Part shown: one piece after another, positions 63,578-64,000 of the stretch
How positions within the stretch are numbered: the first letter of the stretch is position 1
Layout: each line of letters begins with the position of its first letter
Origin: Octopus sinensis
Lineage: Eukaryota
Direction: 5' to 3'
Length of the DNA stretch: 64,000 nucleotides
Assembly: GCF_006345805.1 (NCBI RefSeq)
Contig: NC_043001.1
Location: forward strand, 98,580,001-98,644,000
Notes under the pieces: model-generated
Told to the model about the DNA's origin: nothing
The model's input: the letters and a program-made list of their open reading frames with translations, nothing else
Databases searched by the model: none
Position numbers and translations under genes: made by a program

Positions 63578-64000
63578 ATTATTATTATTAATATTATTAT
63601 TATTATTCAGTAGTTTTATTTTTATAGCGTGCTTTCATTTCACTACCGAGCGCAGCTCTGTGTGCCTTGGGTATGTGCTGTGATTTGTTGTGATGCTCTG
63701 ATGGTTATTGTATGGAAAGTGTTCTGCGTAGGATGTGTGCAGTGCCTAGTAGTGCAATTTTCTGTATGTTATATGTGTTTGTAAGTCCTGGTGTTTTTGT
63801 TATGTATTTGTCTGAATATTTTTTTATCATGCCTAATGCACCTACTATGATAGGAATTGTTTCTGTTTTTAGATTCCACATTCTGGTTACCTCTATTTCC
63901 AGGTCTTTGTATTTTGAAAGTTTCTCCATTTCTTTTAGAGACACGTTGTCATCTGCCGGTATTGATACATCAATTAGAAAGCATTTTTTTTCTTCATGAT
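63578..64000 (-). mobile_element. Young R4/Dong LINE 3' end (continues beyond the window)
   Basis: KKCFLIDVSIPADDNVSLKEMEKLSKYKDLEIEVTRMW..IPIIVGALG..QKIALLGTAHILRRTL, open frame, (TAA)n tail. Confidence 0.9.

Overview
AT-rich, microsatellite-saturated animal DNA. The repeat repertoire (RTE LINEs with (GAT)n tails, several tRNA-headed SINE families, Dong/R4, Penelope, mariner) points to a coleoid cephalopod, probably Octopus; this is inference. Host coding sequence is minimal: one clear minus-strand exon (6223-6389) encoding the N-terminus of a CYTH/CyaB-like protein, with candidate upstream exons and a CpG-enriched, possibly bidirectional promoter at about 30.5-32.6 kb. The rest is decayed transposons: Penelope-like elements, Gypsy, three mariners, an intron-containing hAT, a Chapaev-like element, Helitrons, RTE, CR1, R4/Dong and CRE-like LINEs, and SINEs. 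The most striking unannotated layer is a set of short fold-back or direct-repeat elements, mostly within or beside (TA)n tracts. Many carry type I hammerhead ribozyme folds that I folded by hand, including a G3:C8 core-swap variant, a U4C variant, and a monomeric hammerhead in a 345-nt retrozyme-like unit. One fold-back has a 111-nt copy of nearby hAT DNA in its loop. Coordinates of decayed repeats are approximate.
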